A DNA stretch of 42,406 nt from Octopus bimaculoides (Eukaryota), in assembly GCF_001194135.2 (NCBI RefSeq), contig NC_068983.1:83956362-83998767 (forward strand), read 5' to 3'. Made by a program: the position numbers and the translations under genes. Shown here in pieces: positions 11,287 through 23,540 of the stretch (position 1 is its first letter; every line of letters begins with the position of its first letter). Under the pieces are notes generated by a model. It saw nothing but the letters and a program-made list of their open reading frames with translations, was not told where the DNA came from and made no database searches.

Positions 11287-11631
11287 TATGTATGTATGTA
11301 TGTATGTATGTAGAATTTTCAAATGTATAAGAATTAGTAGAATTACCTAACAAACACGAGATTTGTAGTTCAATTCCTCTCAAGGAAGTTCCTACATGCA
11401 GGTTTTCAAATTTTGATCCGTCCTAATATAAACAGAATTATATTGTGCATATAAGAACCGAATTTTTCATTGGGTAGATGCGTGTGCTTGTGTGAGTTTG
11501 TGTGTGCCTATGTATGAGTTAGTACTGTTTCGTTCCTATGCTATTAATAACTCGTTTAAGCAGAACTATAATCATAAGCATAACAGCCATAGCTATGCTA
11601 TCTTTTATGCAGTTAACATATCTACGATTGT

Positions 11632-11850
11632 AAGGCGGTGAGCTGGCAGAAACGTTAGCACGCCGGGCGAAATGCCTAGCGGTATTTTGTCTCTCTTTAC
11701 GTTCTGAGTTCAACTTTCACCGAGGTCGACTTTTCCTTTCATCCTTTCGGGGTCGATAAATTAAGTACCAGTTGCGTACTGGGATCGATGTAATCGACTG
11801 GCCCCATCTCCTCAAAAATTTCGGGCCTTGTGCCTAGAGTAGAAAAGAAT
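11632..11850 (+). mobile_element. tRNA-headed SINE family 2, full length
   Basis: aaggcggtgagctggcagaaacgttagcacgccgggcg...gagttcaa...ggggtcgataaattaagtaccagttg...ccttgtgcctagagtagaaaagaat is nearly identical to 31194-31408. Confidence 0.9.
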
Positions 11851-11864
11851 ATATCTACAGTTGT

Positions 11865-12190
11865 GAAGGCGTGTGACTTAGTGGTTCAGGGTATTCGGTG
11901 GAGAGTTCAATTCCTGGCGACGCGTTGTGTCCTTGAGCAAGACACTTTATTTCACGTTGCTCCAATCCATTCAGCTGCCAAAAATGAGTAGTACCTGTAT
12001 TTCAAAGGGCCAGCTTTGTCACATTCTGTGTGATGCTCAACCATCCTAAGAACATTCTATGTCACGCTGAACCTCCCTGAAGGTATATGTGTCTGTTGAG
12101 TACTCAGCCATATGCACGTTAATTTCACGAGCAGGCTGTTCTGTTGATCAAATGAATTGGAACCCTCGTCGTCGTTAGCAACGGAGTGCC
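11865..12190 (+). mobile_element. CORE-like SINE (family 3)
   Basis: It has an A-box-like gacttagtgg and a B-box-like gagttcaattcc, followed by tgtgtccttgagcaagacactttatttcacgttgctcc...aaaatgagta, which resembles the CORE domain (TGACCTTGGGCAAGTCACTT...AAAATGGG). The same segment occurs at 20505-20570. Confidence 0.7.
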
Positions 12191-12665
12191 TGTTATCTTG
12201 GATTGAATTATCCAGTATGTTTCGCTATTTTTACGACAGAAGGATATAGTGTGAGGGAGTCATATCTGCTATATTTTCGTTGGAATATGTATGTGCATGC
12301 GCATCTGTTGATGTTTGTGTGTGTATATGTCTGCATGTGCATGCATATGCCCGTGTGTGTGTGTGTGTGGGAGCGTGCGTATGTGTGCACGTATACACGT
12401 GCGTGTGTTGGCTTATGCGTAGCGTGTTTATGTACCAGGAAATTTTGAGGAAATATTTCAATTCATTTAGATAAATAAATAGAATTTTTTTTTTACTAAA
12501 AATATTCTTTTGCAGCAAAACGATATTTGGTTATTTCAGTAAGAATGTAAACAACTCAGAGCTGACTAGAAATCCACATTGAGAGGAGATTAAGTAAAAG
12601 GGAATATATATATAGTCTTATATACACATATATATATAGTCTTATATACACTTATATATATACTC

Positions 12666-12703
<38 letters not shown>

Positions 12704-13024
12704 ATGTATATATAATAGGGTGTAAAGTTATGACCTTTAGAATGTTTTTGAAACTTTTGTAAAACCTAAAAGAAAATGGCTACCTTACCAGAACTTTCAA
12801 TAATGTCACCAATATAAAAATGAGATTCAAATTGAACTGAAGACTGTTAGGATCTATACTGTCCTTAGTTTTTGTTTTTTGATTGTTTGTTTGTTTTTTG
12901 GCGGAGTGTCGTGCATGTGTGTGTGCTCACGTGTGTGTGTGTGAGTACGGTTTCTAATCTTCCTTTCCTTTCATTTTTTTTTATTTCCCACTTTTATTGA
13001 ATATAAGTTTCATCCATAGACAAG

Positions 13025-13150
13025 ATTATTGTTGTTAACCCTGATGGAGTAGACCTTATAATCAAAGACATTCATGTGGCGACCATCCTGTCTCTGAAGA
13101 GGTAACTAGACTTACAATATCTAATTAATGTGCTCTTTCTTTTTGTTTTA
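13025..13150 (-). mobile_element. Short interspersed repeat family 4, 3' fragment
   Basis: aaccctgat...agacctt...tcaaagacattc...gaccatcctgtc is also seen at 34825-34940 and 37580-37670, and in the opposite orientation at 13915-14040 and 25985-26060. Confidence 0.6.
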
Positions 13151-13153
13151 AGA

Positions 13154-13341
13154 TGACTGCGGCCATGCTGGGGCACCGCTTTGAAGAGTTTTAGTCGAAC
13201 AAATCGACTCTAGGACCTGATGCTTATTCTATCGGTTTCTTTTTTTCTTGCCGAACCGCTAATTACGGTGACATGAACACACCAGCACCGATTGTCACAC
13301 GGTGGTGAGGGACAAACACAGACACAAAGACATACACATAG

Positions 13342-13393
<52 letters not shown>

Positions 13394-13557
13394 GATAGGC
13401 TTCTTTCAGTTTCAGACTACCAAATCTACTCACAAGGCTTTGGTCTGCCCAAGGCTATAATAGAAGACACTTGTCCAACGGACTAAACAGTGGGACTAAA
13501 CCTAGGAACCATGTGGTCGGGAAGAAAGCTTCTTACCACACAACCACACCTGAGCCT
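13154..13557 (-). mobile_element. SINE family 1, near full length
   Basis: This is the reverse complement of the family-1 pattern (gactgcggccatgctgg...ttctttcagttt...ctactcacaaggctttggtc...cttcttaccacacaaccacacctg), with an internal (TA)n. Confidence 0.88.
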
Positions 13558-13635
13558 ATTTATATACACAGATAAATACATACGTACATAAAACGGAGTT
13601 GCGCACATACAAATTCAGTAACAAATAATGCTTTC

Positions 13636-13815
13636 AACAATAGGCACAAGGCCTGCAATTTGAGAGGCGTGGATAGTCGTTCACATCGACCGCAATGTTT
13701 CACTGGTACTTGATTCATCGACCTCGGCGAAATTTGAACTCAAAACGTAGTGGCAGACGAAATATCTCTAAGCATTTCAACCAGCCTACTAACGATTCTG
13801 CCATCTCGCCACCTT
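13636..13815 (-). mobile_element. SINE family 2, diverged and internally deleted
   Basis: aggcacaaggcc...ggtacttgattcatcgacctcggcgaaatttgaactc...ctaacgattctgccatctcgccacctt is the reverse complement of the family-2 pattern. Confidence 0.8.
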
Positions 13816-13914
13816 AAATTCAATAATAAATAATAGTTCATAACATATCAATCGCTGAGAGCGGGCAATTTTCTTTTCTACTCTAAGCACAAGGCCCGAA
13901 ATTTTGGGGGATTT

Positions 13915-14040
13915 ACACGTCTACCATGTTAAATAAGAAGACATGATGTATTAGATAACGCTGTCCTATATACATCTAAAAGACAGGATGGTTACAATTT
14001 GCTTGATCAGGTTTAACTTCGGGCTGAACTGCAACAACAA
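13915..14040 (+). mobile_element. Repeat family 4, 3' fragment
   Basis: agacaggatggttacaatttgcttgatcaggtt...gggctgaactgcaacaacaa is inverted relative to 13025-13150. Confidence 0.55.
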
Positions 14041-14687
14041 AAACTGATGCCTACACCCATTAACTTCATCGTACATAAGTATCTCTTTATCCTGTATTTG
14101 TCTTAAGATTTTTCCTTATCATTTCCCTTTCCTTTATTCTTTATTTTACTTCTCCCGCCTTCTTTCTTTTCTCTCTTCGATTCTTTCCTACTTCATTTCT
14201 GCCTTTCTTTGTTTCTCTCTTTCTTTTTAATCTAAAATGTGCCTGACCGAGTTAGAATAATAATCAAACAATGGGAGAAATGAATTCAATTAAAGAAAAG
14301 ACAATAGCAAAATTTATGAGCATTGTCCTCTACCCCAACACCGACAATTCAGGACTTACCTGCAGAGAAATGCCCGCCATATCTTTCCCCTCTTAATAAC
14401 ATACCAGAATCTTTTCAATTATCGGTCAGGATTAACTCAGGCGGCATGCTCCTCCCGACAGTACACGGTGTTCTTTCACATCAGCAATAATAATCATCAC
14501 AGTAATTAGAATATATTGTGCTGTGTTTCAAATTTCGTTTAGTTAAGGTCGAACGACCATTGCTCACAGCTATGTTATATAATGGTTTGCATCAATATTC
14601 ACTTATAAATGTGAGTCAGGGAGTGCAAAAGAGAGAGAGGTGAGTGTTTGAGTGAGCGTATAATAATCAAATATTTTTGATACTGGA

Positions 14688-14748
<61 letters not shown>

Positions 14749-14784
14749 CACACGCGCGCGCGCATATACATATACATATATATG

Positions 14785-14815
<31 letters not shown>

Positions 14816-14931
14816 TTGTGTATACATATATATATATATATATATATATATGCATACACATATACATCTACNNNNNNNNNNNNNNNNNNNNNNNNNNNNN
14901 NNNNNNNNNNNNNNNNNNNNNNNNNNNNNNN

Positions 14932-14964
<33 letters not shown>

Positions 14965-15519
14965 TTTTGTATGTATATGCATGTATGCATGTATATACAT
15001 GACATGCAATCCATACACATGATTGAGTTATATATATACATACGTACACACATACACACATACATACACACACATCCCCACTCATAATCGTAAGATTGTT
15101 GTTTCGATTCCTAGACCGAATTATGCATTGGCTTTTGAGAACACGCTGCTCTACGCCACTCATCTGACAAAAATTGTTAATCCTATGACAGACGGGATAA
15201 TATACACAGCATCCGTTTGATGTCCCAGGAAGAACTTTTCATTCTTTTTATGTGTGCGTGTGTGTGTGTGTATAAAAGGATAAAATTATTATTATATTGT
15301 AAAATAATAATAATATGAGTGGCTAGCATGCATTAAAAACCGTAGAGGTAAAAATTAATATAAAGTTATAATTATATATAAAAATATACATAATTATAAT
15401 GTCACAGCGTCCTTCTAAGAGTAGCTTCTTCCGGTGTAAAACCTGCTGTTTCACGTGTTTACTGGTCATCTCGTTTCGGCCTGTTATTAAGTGTCAGTCA
15501 CGAGGACTCAGAAAATGTA

Positions 15520-16200
15520 AGTTATGTTGTACAAGCGTTTCTCTCTGTTAACCAATGACGTACAGATATCTGTTTATAGTTACCTCATTTGTCATTCTAT
15601 CAACTGCAATTCCTATGGCGATAGAAGAGTGGTGAACTACGCTGACCTAATCAGTTGGAAATCATGCAGATCTGTTACAGGACTGAGCAGTCATCTGAGA
15701 GAACATGGACAGGAAGTCAGAAGTGTCACTGAGGAAGCGCAACGAGGAAGCGCAAAGGCAGCAATCATCTCTAAAGAAGGAACAATTACTGCGTGGGGAG
15801 TCTTCAACTGTTGCACCTTACTATCATCGATAACCTTTCTTGGCGACCGTAAATCTTAGCTAAGCCCACATCATAAAGACAGGTCCTTCTCTTCAAAGCA
15901 AGAAAATGTCTCATCCCTTACAGTTGCTGACACTCAACTAGGCTCAAGTGCGAATCATACTGGATAACTAGTCTCATATCTAGGGCGTACATATACATCC
16001 AGAGAAGGGCCACTTGTTTGACTGGAGTTAAATCACTAACAGTCACGCACCAGCCTCTAACCCACAGGCTTCCATTCTCTTCTTGTCATTTCTGTTGCTA
16101 CTTGAAAAGTCACTATTCCTCTAAGTACGATAGTTACGTGCCTCCATTAAGCAACTCTAAGCCGCTCGTCTCTCCTTCCTCATCTTCCTTGATGCATTCA
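15520..16200 (+). mobile_element. Decayed CR1/Jockey-group LINE, RT C-terminal part
   Basis: Across frameshifts it reads FSLLTND (FLLFIND-like), DNLSWRP*IL..., LFKARKC, PLQLLTLN*AQVRIILDN*SHI*G (compare P.QLLTLYKAQVRP.LEYCSHIWG), IQRRATCLTGVKSLTVTHQPLTHR and YVPPL. Support is strongest from 15815 onward. Confidence 0.75.
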
Positions 16201-16235
16201 ACCACTCCCCAGGCCTTAAACTAACCACTATTCCT

Positions 16236-16624
16236 CTTTTACTCTTTTACTCTTTTACTTGTTTCAGTCATTTGACTGCGGCCATGCTGGAGCACCACCT
16301 TTAGTCGAACAAATCGATCCCAAGACTTATTTTTTTTGTAAGCCTAGTATTTATTCTATCGGTCTCTTTTGCCGAACCGCTAAGTTACGGGAACGTAAAC
16401 ACACCAGCATCGGTTGTCAAGCGATGTTGGGGGGACAAACACAGACACACAAACATTTACACACACATGCACACATGTTTCCGTCTACCAAATCCACTCA
16501 CAAGGGTTTGGTCGGCCCGAGGCTATAGTAGAAGACACTTGCCCGAGGTGCCACGCAGTGGGACTGAACCCGGAACCAGGTGGTTCGTAAGCAAGTTACT
16601 TACCACAAAGCCACTCCTATGTAC
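16236..16624 (-). mobile_element. SINE family 1, full length, low divergence
   Basis: It has a (AGTAAAAG)n-like tail at 16236-16260, a body colinear with 30592-31119, and a head with the B box ggttccgggttcagtcc. Confidence 0.92.
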
Positions 16625-17442
16625 CTTTTTCCTTAGAACATCACCCTCCTTCACCCTAGCATCTTCTCTCTGCTTATATCTTTCCAATAAGTGTGGATCT
16701 ACAATAATCTGTACGGGTCAACATCTTCAATCTCACTAGGCTCGAAAGGCTTACAAAGGTCATGCGCATTGCCTCTTCCTCCAACTTAGCAAGTAGACGA
16801 ATAACTATGTATAATATATATATAATTGAAAACCAAGAGGAGTGTGGAGGAGTGTGGACATTTATTCACATCCAAAACTTTTTATTAAAAAGTTTTCTAC
16901 AGCATGTATAACAATGACCAATACATGTTTCTACTGCAGCAACTACACATTGTTCTGTATGCAATTATGCATCCTAGTCGCAGCAGTTTCATCAAGGGTC
17001 TACCACTTGCGATTAGGTGGGATACTGGAAACAAAGGACACCTCATACATGCCAGTGAAACTTGCTTACATCTACCGCTCGACGTCAAGGCAAGGAGACT
17101 GTAAAACAATCAAACACACATACACACACATATATACACATCGAGTGGATCGTTGGTGTAACCATAGCGTTCTGATGATCTCATCAGCTAGCTAACTTTA
17201 TTTCCATTGATTTGTGAATATGCAACTGAATTGATAAAGCGGAGCAAACATGTAAGCATAATTTCTTTAACACTGAAGTTAATATTATATGAAGAAGGTT
17301 GCGAAACGGTTAAAACCCTTAGACTGTCACGTGATTAAATAAATATATAGTTACCTCTCATGCCTCGTGACTTTATGGTCTGTATATACACATATGTATG
17401 TGTTTGTGTTTGTGTTTGTGTGCATATTTAAATGTATCTATA

Positions 17443-18104
17443 CGAGAGTTGGCTAAAATGTTCATAGGCTGAGCTGATACTCTCATAGAATGTGGCCAAA
17501 TAAGGTTTATTTTTGAACATGGTTCCCTTTGTGGTTCACACACTTCTTCATTGGTGTTCCAGTGCTTGGATCTCGTTCGTGAAGAAACTTTTAGCTTGTT
17601 GATAAAAAAAAGTCATCAACAACAGATATGACGTCAACATCACTGCGATACTGCTTTCCCAACCACGTGTTGGAGCCAAATCAGAAGACTAGGGAAGCTA
17701 GTCAACCAATTCAACGCAACAGTCACGCACAGCAACCATTGAAACCATAGACTTGTGTGCTGGAGCATTGTCCTCATGAAACAAGATCCCTTTCGTCAGT
17801 TTTCCTGGGCATTTGGTGTTGATAGCTTTCGTAACTGCCTCAGTAAGCTGGCATTGTTCTCTCCATTGATGGCGTGGCCCTTTTAAAGATAGTCAATAAA
17901 TACAATGTTTTTTGCATCCCAAAAAACTGAGGGCATCACCTTCCCTGCCGATGAAACAACCTGGGCTTTCTTTGGAGGAGGTGAGGTGGAATGTTTCCAC
18001 TTCATGGACTGTCTCTTTGCCTCTAGCTCAAAGTGATGAAACCAATACTCATACTGGCTTCGGAAATGTCCAAGGAAACCAGATCGATTTGCCTCAGAGT
18101 CAGA
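17443..18104 (-). mobile_element. Decayed DD34D mariner transposon, 3' two-thirds with one TIR
   Basis: The minus strand reads QYEYWFHHFELEAKRQSMKWKHSTSPPPKK...AGKVMPSVFWDAK...ILFHEDNAPAHKS...*SSDLAP...IQALEHQ(W)KKCVNHKGNHVQK*. The TIR is TA|CGAGAGTTGGCTAAAATGTTCATAGGCTGA at 17441. It is cut off by the (CT)n array. Confidence 0.92.
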
Positions 18105-18264
<160 letters not shown>

Positions 18265-18309
18265 AGGTTCATGGCTACAGACGTGGGCGAGTTCGATTCA
18301 GTAGATTAT

Positions 18310-18437
18310 ATTGACGAGGTATTTTATCTACTGAAGAATGAAAGGCAAATTAGAAATCGGCTGGATTCGACAATAGAACATAAATAATCGAAACAAATAC
18401 CTCAGGTTTTTTATCCGATTCAGCCAATTCACTGCCA
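18310..18437 (-). mobile_element. Old SINE family 2 fragment
   Basis: ggtattttatc...gaatgaaaggcaaa...agaacataaa...gccaattcactgcc aligns by eye to the reverse complement of family 2. Confidence 0.5.
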
Positions 18438-18581
18438 CTACACACGCACATATACATACATATAAATACATACATACAAATATGCATGCATACATATATA
18501 CATGCAAACATATATATATATATGTATATGTTATATGTATGCATGTATACCAGCTAGTAGTTATAAAATATAAATATGCAT

Positions 18582-18613
<32 letters not shown>

Positions 18614-18963
18614 NNNNNNNNNNNNNNNNNNNNNNNNNNNNNNNNNNNNNNNNNNNNNNNNNNNNNNNNNNNNNNNNNNNNNNNNNNNNNNNNNNNNNNN
18701 NNNNNNNNNNNNNNNNNNNNNNNNNNNNNNNNNNNNNNNNNNNNNNNNNNNNNNNNNNNNNNNNNNNNNNNNNNNNNNNNNNNNNNNNNNNNNNNNNNNN
18801 NNNNNNNNNNNNNNNNNNNNNNNNNNNNNNNNNNNNNNNNNNNNNNNNNNNNNNNNNNNNNNNNNNNNNNNNNNNNNNNNNNNNNNNNNNNNNNNNNNNN
18901 NNNNNNNNNNNNNNNNNNNNNNNNNNNNNNNNNNNNNNNNNNNNNNNNNNNNNNNNNNNNNNN

Positions 18964-19008
<45 letters not shown>

Positions 19009-19145
19009 TATATATAAAACATACACACAGAGGCATATATGCATACATATACGCACAAGTACATATGTGTGTCTGTGTCTTTCTGTCTGTATGTGCTACA
19101 TATTATATGTATGTTATAGATAGATAGATAGATAGATAGATAGAC

Positions 19146-19234
<89 letters not shown>

Positions 19235-20479
19235 CGGGCGGCAAGCAAGCAGGTAGGCAGACGGACAGGCAGAAAGAGAGGTATATATAATACATATATC
19301 TATACATGCATGTACATGTATGCACGTGTGTGCGTGTGTGTGTGTGTGTGCGCGCGTTGGTGTGTTTACACTTACATTCATATGCCACATTACAATTGGC
19401 AGTTGTTTAGTTGGCAATACCATAATTTAATTTCTGTAAAAGAAATGGAAAGAAAGAAAACAAAAAGAAAATGCTAACAAATTTTAAATAAATACATTTT
19501 GAAAAAATAGCTAAATTAGAAATGCGATTAATTATTGCAATTATAGTTTATAATCTTAGAAGTGTTACAAACATAGCTAATGGTAAAATGTGCATTTAAG
19601 GCGTTAGCCTTAGATACAAGGTTTTCTCTGTTCATTGTGACTGCGCGCTACACAGAACTTAAAATATAGAGAAAAAGAAAAGACATATATATATATATAT
19701 ANNNNNNNNNNNNNNNNNNNNNNNNNNNNNNNNNNNNNNNNNNNNNNNNNNNNNNNNNNNNNNNNNNNNNNNNNNNNNNNNNNNNNNNNNNNNNNNNNNN
19801 NNNNNNNNNNNNNNNNNNNNNNNNNNNNNNNNNNNNNNNNNNNNNNNNNNNNNNNNNNNNNNNNNNNNNNNNNNNNNNNNNNNNNNNNNNNNNNNNNNNN
19901 NNNNNNNNNNNNNNNNNNNNNNNNNNNNNNNNNNNNNNNNNNNNNNNNNNNNNNNNNNNNNNNNNNNNNNNNNNNNNNNNNNNNNNNNNNNNNNNNNNNN
20001 NNNNNNNNNNNNNNNNNNNNNNNNNNNNNNNNNNNNNNNNNNNNNNNNNNNNNNNNNNNNNNNNNNATATATATACGTGAATACATATTTATACATATAT
20101 AGAAACACGGCCACTGTACAAATACATATATACATGCTCCGCAATCAGACATGCACACTCGTGCGTTTATGAAACACATCACACATAGATGCAGTTCTAT
20201 TGCTAAAGGACATGTCTTCGAAATTTTAGTTGACATTGTACTGTGAACGCTGTCGTGTCCAGCCCACTCTTTTACTCCGTCCAGCCCTTTGGCTCATGTT
20301 TTGTTTTTTTTAAAGATGAAAAAGAATTAAAACAAGCGATATTGAAGCGAAAAAATATAATTGCAAGTAAGTGTAATTAAACAAGTCTTCGTGTAATTAA
20401 ACAAGTCACTGTAATATTGATACATAAACATCCGCGCCCGCTTAAACACACACAACGCATGCATACGAATATATATAGT

Positions 20480-20740
20480 GAGTTCAATTAACCGAGCTGT
20501 GTCTAGTGTTCTTGAGCAAGACACTTTATTCCACGTTGCTGCAGTTCATTCAGATGCAGAAATGGGTTGTGATGTTATTGGTGCCAAGCTGTATCGACCT
20601 TTACCTTTCCCATGGATAACATCAGTGACATGGAAAGCGGGGGCTGGTATGCATGGGCGACTGCTGGTCGTCCATACACAACCTTGCACGGACATGTGCC
20701 TCGGAGAGAGACTTACTAGATGCAATCCATGGTCATTGCC
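20480..20740 (+). mobile_element. CORE-like SINE with a different 3' tail
   Basis: gagttcaatt...gtgttcttgagcaagacactttattccacgttgctgcagttcattcagatgcagaaatggg shares the central block with 11865-12190, and the sequence downstream is unrelated. Confidence 0.6.
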
Positions 20741-21110
20741 CTTTTTTACCCTTTACACACACACACACACACACACATACATACATACACACAGAGTGAG
20801 GGTGGGATAGAAAGAACATGAAGATACATATTAGTGTAAACAAATCCACAAAAATGTCTTGAATGCAATAATATTTATTTCAACTTCAAACTTCACATAT
20901 CGCAGCTCAGAGTTTCATGCTGTTGTGCTGCTACCTACCGCCCGAGAATCAAAAGCATGAAACTCAGAGTTCCAAGTTTATCAAGTTTCAGTTTTAATAT
21001 ATATACCTTCATATATACATAGACACATGTTCATATGTATATATGTACACATATACATAGATAGATAGACAGACAGACAGACAGAAGATAGATAGACAGA
21101 CAGAAGACAG

Positions 21111-21168
<58 letters not shown>

Positions 21169-21171
21169 TAA

Positions 21172-21224
<53 letters not shown>

Positions 21225-21341
21225 AGTATGCATGTAAGTATGTCTTTATGTACATATGTATATGCATATATACATATTAATATATATGTATACATGTACG
21301 TATATGTGTATATGTATATATATATAATATATTATATGTAT

Positions 21342-21375
<34 letters not shown>

Positions 21376-21439
21376 TCTGTGTTATCAGATGAATATTCAC
21401 CTCAAATACCATACACATACACACGTATACGAGCGTGTG

Positions 21440-21470
<31 letters not shown>

Positions 21471-22307
21471 TCAGCTTCTCAGCTTCTATGAATGAATGCA
21501 TCTGAACGGATCTGACTGAATCGGAAATATATTTTCCATTTTGATACGAATATGTTTTTTGTTTTTGTTTTTTTCTTTATTCATATTCATTACATTGTTA
21601 CAACTGTTATTGTTGCCATTATTGCAGTTGCTGTTGCTGCTGCCGCCACACATCATAAAGCATTCATTCATCTAAAAACAACCCCTTAAACACACACAAA
21701 AAAACGTCCTCAACATACTGATCTTTTTAAAAGGATACCTCTAACGGTAATCTTCACGGCTGTTTATTTGCTTGTGTGGCTGTTGTTTTTTATCTCTTCT
21801 ATATAGTTTTATTTTTTTACTGCTTTATTTACCAATTTTCTTTTCATTTCCTCTTTATTAAGGATTTTCTATTTTTTTTTTTTTTACATATTTTTATTAG
21901 TTATTTCTGTTTTCTTTTATTCATCTTTATTCCTTTATTTCTTCTTATTCTTATTCTTATTCCTTTTCTAATAGATCCAACCCTTTCGGCAAAAAAACTC
22001 TCATTGTGAAACAAAAGAAAAAGAAAGGTAAAAGAAAGAGGGGGGAAAAGCAGAACAAAAGCAAAAACAATAAAGAAAAGAGACATGAAACAAAAACTAC
22101 AAATCGAAATCAAAATTTTTCCCCTCTTGACCAGCTTCCTCTCTATAACGGAAATGCACAAGGCTACCTTCCTGTATCTTCCATCCTGTATTCACTTTAA
22201 GTATGTTAATTGATATACATGTGTTGGCTGTAAGGTATTTTAACCGAACTGCTGCGAATAAGCTAAACGTAATGAATAGTCCTGAAGTAGAATTTTTCAT
22301 ATATATA

Positions 22308-23108
22308 NNNNNNNNNNNNNNNNNNNNNNNNNNNNNNNNNNNNNNNNNNNNNNNNNNNNNNNNNNNNNNNNNNNNNNNNNNNNNNNNNNNNNNNNNNNNN
22401 NNNNNNNNNNNNNNNNNNNNNNNNNNNNNNNNNNNNNNNNNNNNNNNNNNNNNNNNNNNNNNNNNNNNNNNNNNNNNNNNNNNNNNNNNNNNNNNNNNNN
22501 NNNNNNNNNNNNNNNNNNNNNNNNNNNNNNNNNNNNNNNNNNNNNNNNNNNNNNNNNNNNNNNNNNNNNNNNNNNNNNNNNNNNNNNNNNNNNNNNNNNN
22601 NNNNNNNNNNNNNNNNNNNNNNNNNNNNNNNNNNNNNNNNNNNNNNNNNNNNNNNNNNNNNNNNNNNNNNNNNNNNNNNNNNNNNNNNNNNNNNNNNNNN
22701 NNNNNNNNNNNNNNNNNNNNNNNNNNNNNNNNNNNNNNNNNNNNNNNNNNNNNNNNNNNNNNNNNNNNNNNNNNNNNNNNNNNNNNNNNNNNNNNNNNNN
22801 NNNNNNNNNNNNNNNNNNNNNNNNNNNNNNNNNNNNNNNNNNNNNNNNNNNNNNNNNNNNNNNNNNNNNNNNNNNNNNNNNNNNNNNNNNNNNNNNNNNN
22901 NNNNNNNNNNNNNNNNNNNNNNNNNNNNNNNNNNNNNNNNNNNNNNNNNNNNNNNNNNNNNNNNNNNNNNNNNNNNNNNNNNNNNNNNNNNNNNNNNNNN
23001 NNNNNNNNNNNNNNNNNNNNNNNNNNNNNNNNNNNNNNNNNNNNNNNNNNNNNNNNNNNNNNNNNNNNNNNNNNNNNNNNNNNNNNNNNNNNNNNNNNNN
23101 NNNNNNNN
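22308..23108. other. Assembly gap (one of 11: 3531-3630, 5522-5656, 9113-9360, 10441-10657, 14872-14931, 18614-18963, 19702-20066, 22308-23108, 28585-28760, 38934-39636, 40538-41362)
   Basis: These are runs of N, and most are flanked by (TA)n, (TG)n or (CT)n arrays. Confidence 0.99.
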
Positions 23109-23257
23109 TGTGTGTGTGTGTGTGTGTCTGTGTGTGTGTGTGTGTGTGCGTGTGTATGTGTGTGTGCGTGTGTGTGTGTGTGTGTGTACACTGCAGTATT
23201 GTATTATTTATTTTGTTATTTATAATTTTAGTATGTTTCTGATATGTTTTTCCATAG

Positions 23258-23540
23258 TTACATAAATTCCGATAATTGCATGAACTATTTGGAACAAATG
23301 CTTTTCCATAAAGATGTCTTTCCTCTTATGAACCTCTGCAATTTGATTAAACCAATGATGGAGACTAGATATAACAATCAAGTCTTCCTCAAATCAAACC
23401 CTACCGTCCTTAAAAACGGCAAGACATTTAAAAATGTTGTCACAGATACCCAAAATGGCAAAACGGTCATGGAGGGAGTGCCTTTGGTCAAAGACTTCTT
23501 TAACATGGCAGCCCTGGAGCGAATCAACAACTACTACTAG
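23258..23540 (+). CDS. Candidate terminal coding exon of an unidentified host gene
   Basis: The acceptor is gtttttccatag| (phase 2), followed by 93 sense codons and a TAG stop: YINSDNCMNYLEQMLFHKDVFPLMNLCNLIKPMMETRYNNQVFLKSNPTVLKNGKTFKNVVTDTQNGKTVMEGVPLVKDFFNMAALERINNYY*. It has high complexity and many C-ending codons relative to the AT-rich flanks. Confidence 0.5.

Noticed and set aside
12716-12740. TAGGGTGTAAAGTTATGA resembling a Tc1/mariner TIR start
   Set aside because: No partner TIR or transposase sequence was found.
14365-14402. Short similarity to 23295-23333 (aaatgc..ccata..tctttc..ctctta)
   Set aside because: It needs several gaps in ~35 nt, which is plausible by chance in AT-rich DNA.
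15408-15516. AG...GTAAGT-bounded segment with two open frames
   Set aside because: It directly precedes and probably belongs to the decayed LINE RT (QGS region), and the acceptor lacks a pyrimidine tract.
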